DNA of 64,000 nucleotides from Epithemia pelagica. Its lineage: Eukaryota; Protista; Bacillariophyta. The DNA is taken from contig OX337239.1 in the NCBI GenBank assembly GCA_946965045.2, positions 2,790,001 through 2,854,000 of the forward strand. Direction: 5' to 3'. Shown in pieces: positions 61,501-64,000 of this stretch. Each line of letters opens with the position of its first letter. The stretch's first letter is position 1. The position numbers and the translations under genes are program-made. The notes beneath the pieces were generated by a model. That model did no database searches. It saw nothing but the letters and a program-made list of their open reading frames with translations, and had not been told where the DNA came from.

Positions 61501-62338
61501 GGAAGTCGGTCAGGGCCGTCTCTACTACTCGTTGGATTACAATCCAGTGGTACAGATCGACGAAAGATCAGCAGGGTTTAAACCACGCAAGCTTGAGAAA
61601 ACGGTAGTATCAAGTTGCAGAAGTGGATACCCTAGCCGTTCTAACTGTGATTCTGTGGTTCGTACCAACCATCACTTTTCTTACAAATGGACTCTGTAAG
61701 GAAGAAACGTATCGATGATCGTGGGTATATTCGAAAGGACCTTGTTACCTACGAGTGCACACTCTACTGGTTTCGTAACGTCTACGATAACGGTAGTAAG
61801 TGGTACCCATTCCAGACAACATTCCGTGGCGAGGTCATTTGTGTTGTCCTTCCGATGTATCTTTGTTTGAGCCAGAATGCCCGCCAATATCTGCCATTGT
61901 ACCTGACGAAGTCGATGAACGGGTGCTGGTTGATTCATACCAAGTGACGAGGGCCTGATCGAGCTGCTGGGCATCAGACCACATGTGATTCATTCGGCCT
62001 TGACATAAAATGCGTAATTTCTTGCCAGGTGTGCAACACATCCAAGATTGGTGGATGGTTGTAAAATAACTCTTCCCAAGGCAGCACAGTCCTTTGACTT
62101 GCCAATGTTGTGTCCTTCATTTGTTGACCGTGAGACATTCCTGGTACTTAGGCCAACTAGAAAAGAATCTGCCAGTGCGTGAAAGGTAGGAAAGCACTCT
62201 CGGTAGATGCGGACAGGAAGACTGGAGGAGGCCACAGCAGTTTCAACAACGCTGTCATTGTTTTTCATGATTCAAACACGATGATAGTGATATGCTGACC
62301 CGAGTCGCTCCAAGGGGTGTCGCAGCGTCACCAAAAAC

Positions 62339-64000
62339 GTGTTGGCGAGTTGTTATTGTGTCCGATATCATAGTCTGCCAGAAAAAATCGAACGCATTAC
62401 AGGACGCTTTGAGTCTCAGATAGACGCCGATGACAAGGAAACTGTGTCCCCAGGTTTCTATCCCTTCGAACAAACACTGATCGGAGAGTCGCTTCAAGCT
62501 TGGGAGAGAGCTTTCCCTTCACACCATGAGTTGACAGATCATCATCAATCATTCAGCGATTGCATCGACAGATTTTTCTACTTATACATTACGCCATATG
62601 GGTGTCAGACACTCTCAATGGAGGCCACAAGGAACAGGTTGGCTCTTGAATTGAAGATCTATATGCTGGGTGATGAGACATGCTTTTGCAAACATGATAA
62701 GACTATATCTGTGGATGCCATGGTATGGACTGTACTTCATATGGCAGATATTTACGCGTTTCTTAATACAAAGCCACTAGAGGGCCTTGAGATCGAAATG
62801 GCATTGGCTTTGACACTCCCTCAACCTTGGTTTATGCCATATTTCAAGCTACCACGGTAGACCCCAACGGAAAAGAATCTGAAGTCCAATATTGATGGTC
62901 AATGGAATTGAACGCATCGAGGAACTTTGATGGGAAACACGGGTCTCCACCTGTACCCAAGGATCCTAACCATCAAAGGACTCATAGGAAAAAACCAGCG
63001 TCGGTTACGGACGATAATGAAATGGTGACAGCTGCCCGCAAGCATGGTGATTCTAGCAATGAAGGCAAAGGGCTTGTACAGAGCAGGGTAGAAATTTTCC
63101 GATCATCGGTGTTTCCGGCTGCGACAAACACTTCCAAGAAAACTTGTGTCAAAGACAACAATACCAGAGAGAATAGTCAACAAAGCAACCCGAAAAAACA
63201 CGCCAATGGGGACAAAGCCGACAAGAAGGGAGACTCGAATAAGGATGGTGAAAAAGATGTCCCTCCTCTGGTTATTCGCAAGGATGAACCGACCGAGAGA
63301 GTCGTCACAAAGAGTATTAATCAGGCGCCCACGTTTGGAACTAACCAGGACAACGGAAAGGGAGACATTTGCCCATCGATCGAACGAACCAAACAGAAAG
63401 AAGGACAAGGAGAGTCTCCAAAAAAAACAGACGATCCTACACAGATCAAATCCAGATTACTGGGAAGCTTTCGAAGCTAAGGGTGTGAGGTACTGTCTAC
63501 CATGGATCGACGACGACTTGAGTTCGCATCCCACTCAACGTTTGATACAAATGGCCGAATATTCATGCTTTCGGCGGAACAAAGCCCCTGAACATGGATG
63601 GGTGTGGGCTAAAAAAGCTCGGATTCTTCTTCTTGACTCAATCAAGGAGTGTGTTCTACCAACAATCTTCATGTGCGAAACATGCAATCGACTAAACCAT
63701 GGACTACATGACTTTGGGAAAGGCAATTACTACGACAGAGTTTTCATCCCTCATCGTCAGTATCGTCGAAATTTGTTCATCAACTCGATAACACCGGATA
63801 CTATGGTGTTGGGAAAGATACCACCACAGGTTTTTGGAAGTATAACAACACTCCTGGTCCATCGTTGGCACAAACAAGAGATTTGTTTCGCAAATTTACG
63901 ATATGAGGAAATCGCTGATCTCGGTAATCCCAGATACAATAAGAAAGGGCGACCTAGTACACTGATGGCGATAATAGCAACTAAAGCGGAATCTATAGAT
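62339..64000 (+). pseudogene. Second member of the gag-like / CxxC-IPHR gene family; frameshifted and running off the window
   Basis: LKIYMLGDE...LALTLPQPW; charged linker; a frame open from ~63440 to 64000 contains FMCETC...IPHRQYRRNLFIN...PSTLMAIIA. Confidence 0.65.

Noticed and set aside
61480-62270. Short ORFs between the array and the gag-like gene
   Set aside because: Conflicting frames on both strands and no homology to copy 1 that I can see.

Overview
Eukaryotic, almost entirely transposable-element DNA, probably heterochromatic and from a diatom or related stramenopile. The host call is an inference from CoDi-type Ty1/copia proteins, diatom-style PHIS and Plavaka transposases, and short GT-AG introns. 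Contents: three copies of one copia family (A1 at 4.15-9.84 kb with nearly intact gag-AP-INT, A2 deleted, A3 decayed); other copia lineages with LTR families B and C; a DIRS/Ngaro RT-RNaseH relic; a Plavaka-like transposase with a divergent accessory gene; a four-gene PHIS (ISL2EU/Harbinger-like) element with ~650-bp TIRs; a second PHIS transposase between two GT8 glycosyltransferase genes; and a GT47 relic. Most notable: (i) two diverged copies of an unrecognised element built as GC-rich leader, palindromic repeat array, then a gene joining a Gag/capsid-like domain to a CxxC-IPHR domain and, in one copy, a RING-H2 finger; (ii) an endogenous CRESS-DNA virus Rep fragment; (iii) an in-frame UGA between gag and pol shared by two diverged copia copies, plus a primer-binding site matching a tRNA-Ile anticodon arm; (iv) the long-TIR four-gene transposon carrying a KOW-like gene. 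All family calls come from motif recognition by eye; no searches were run.
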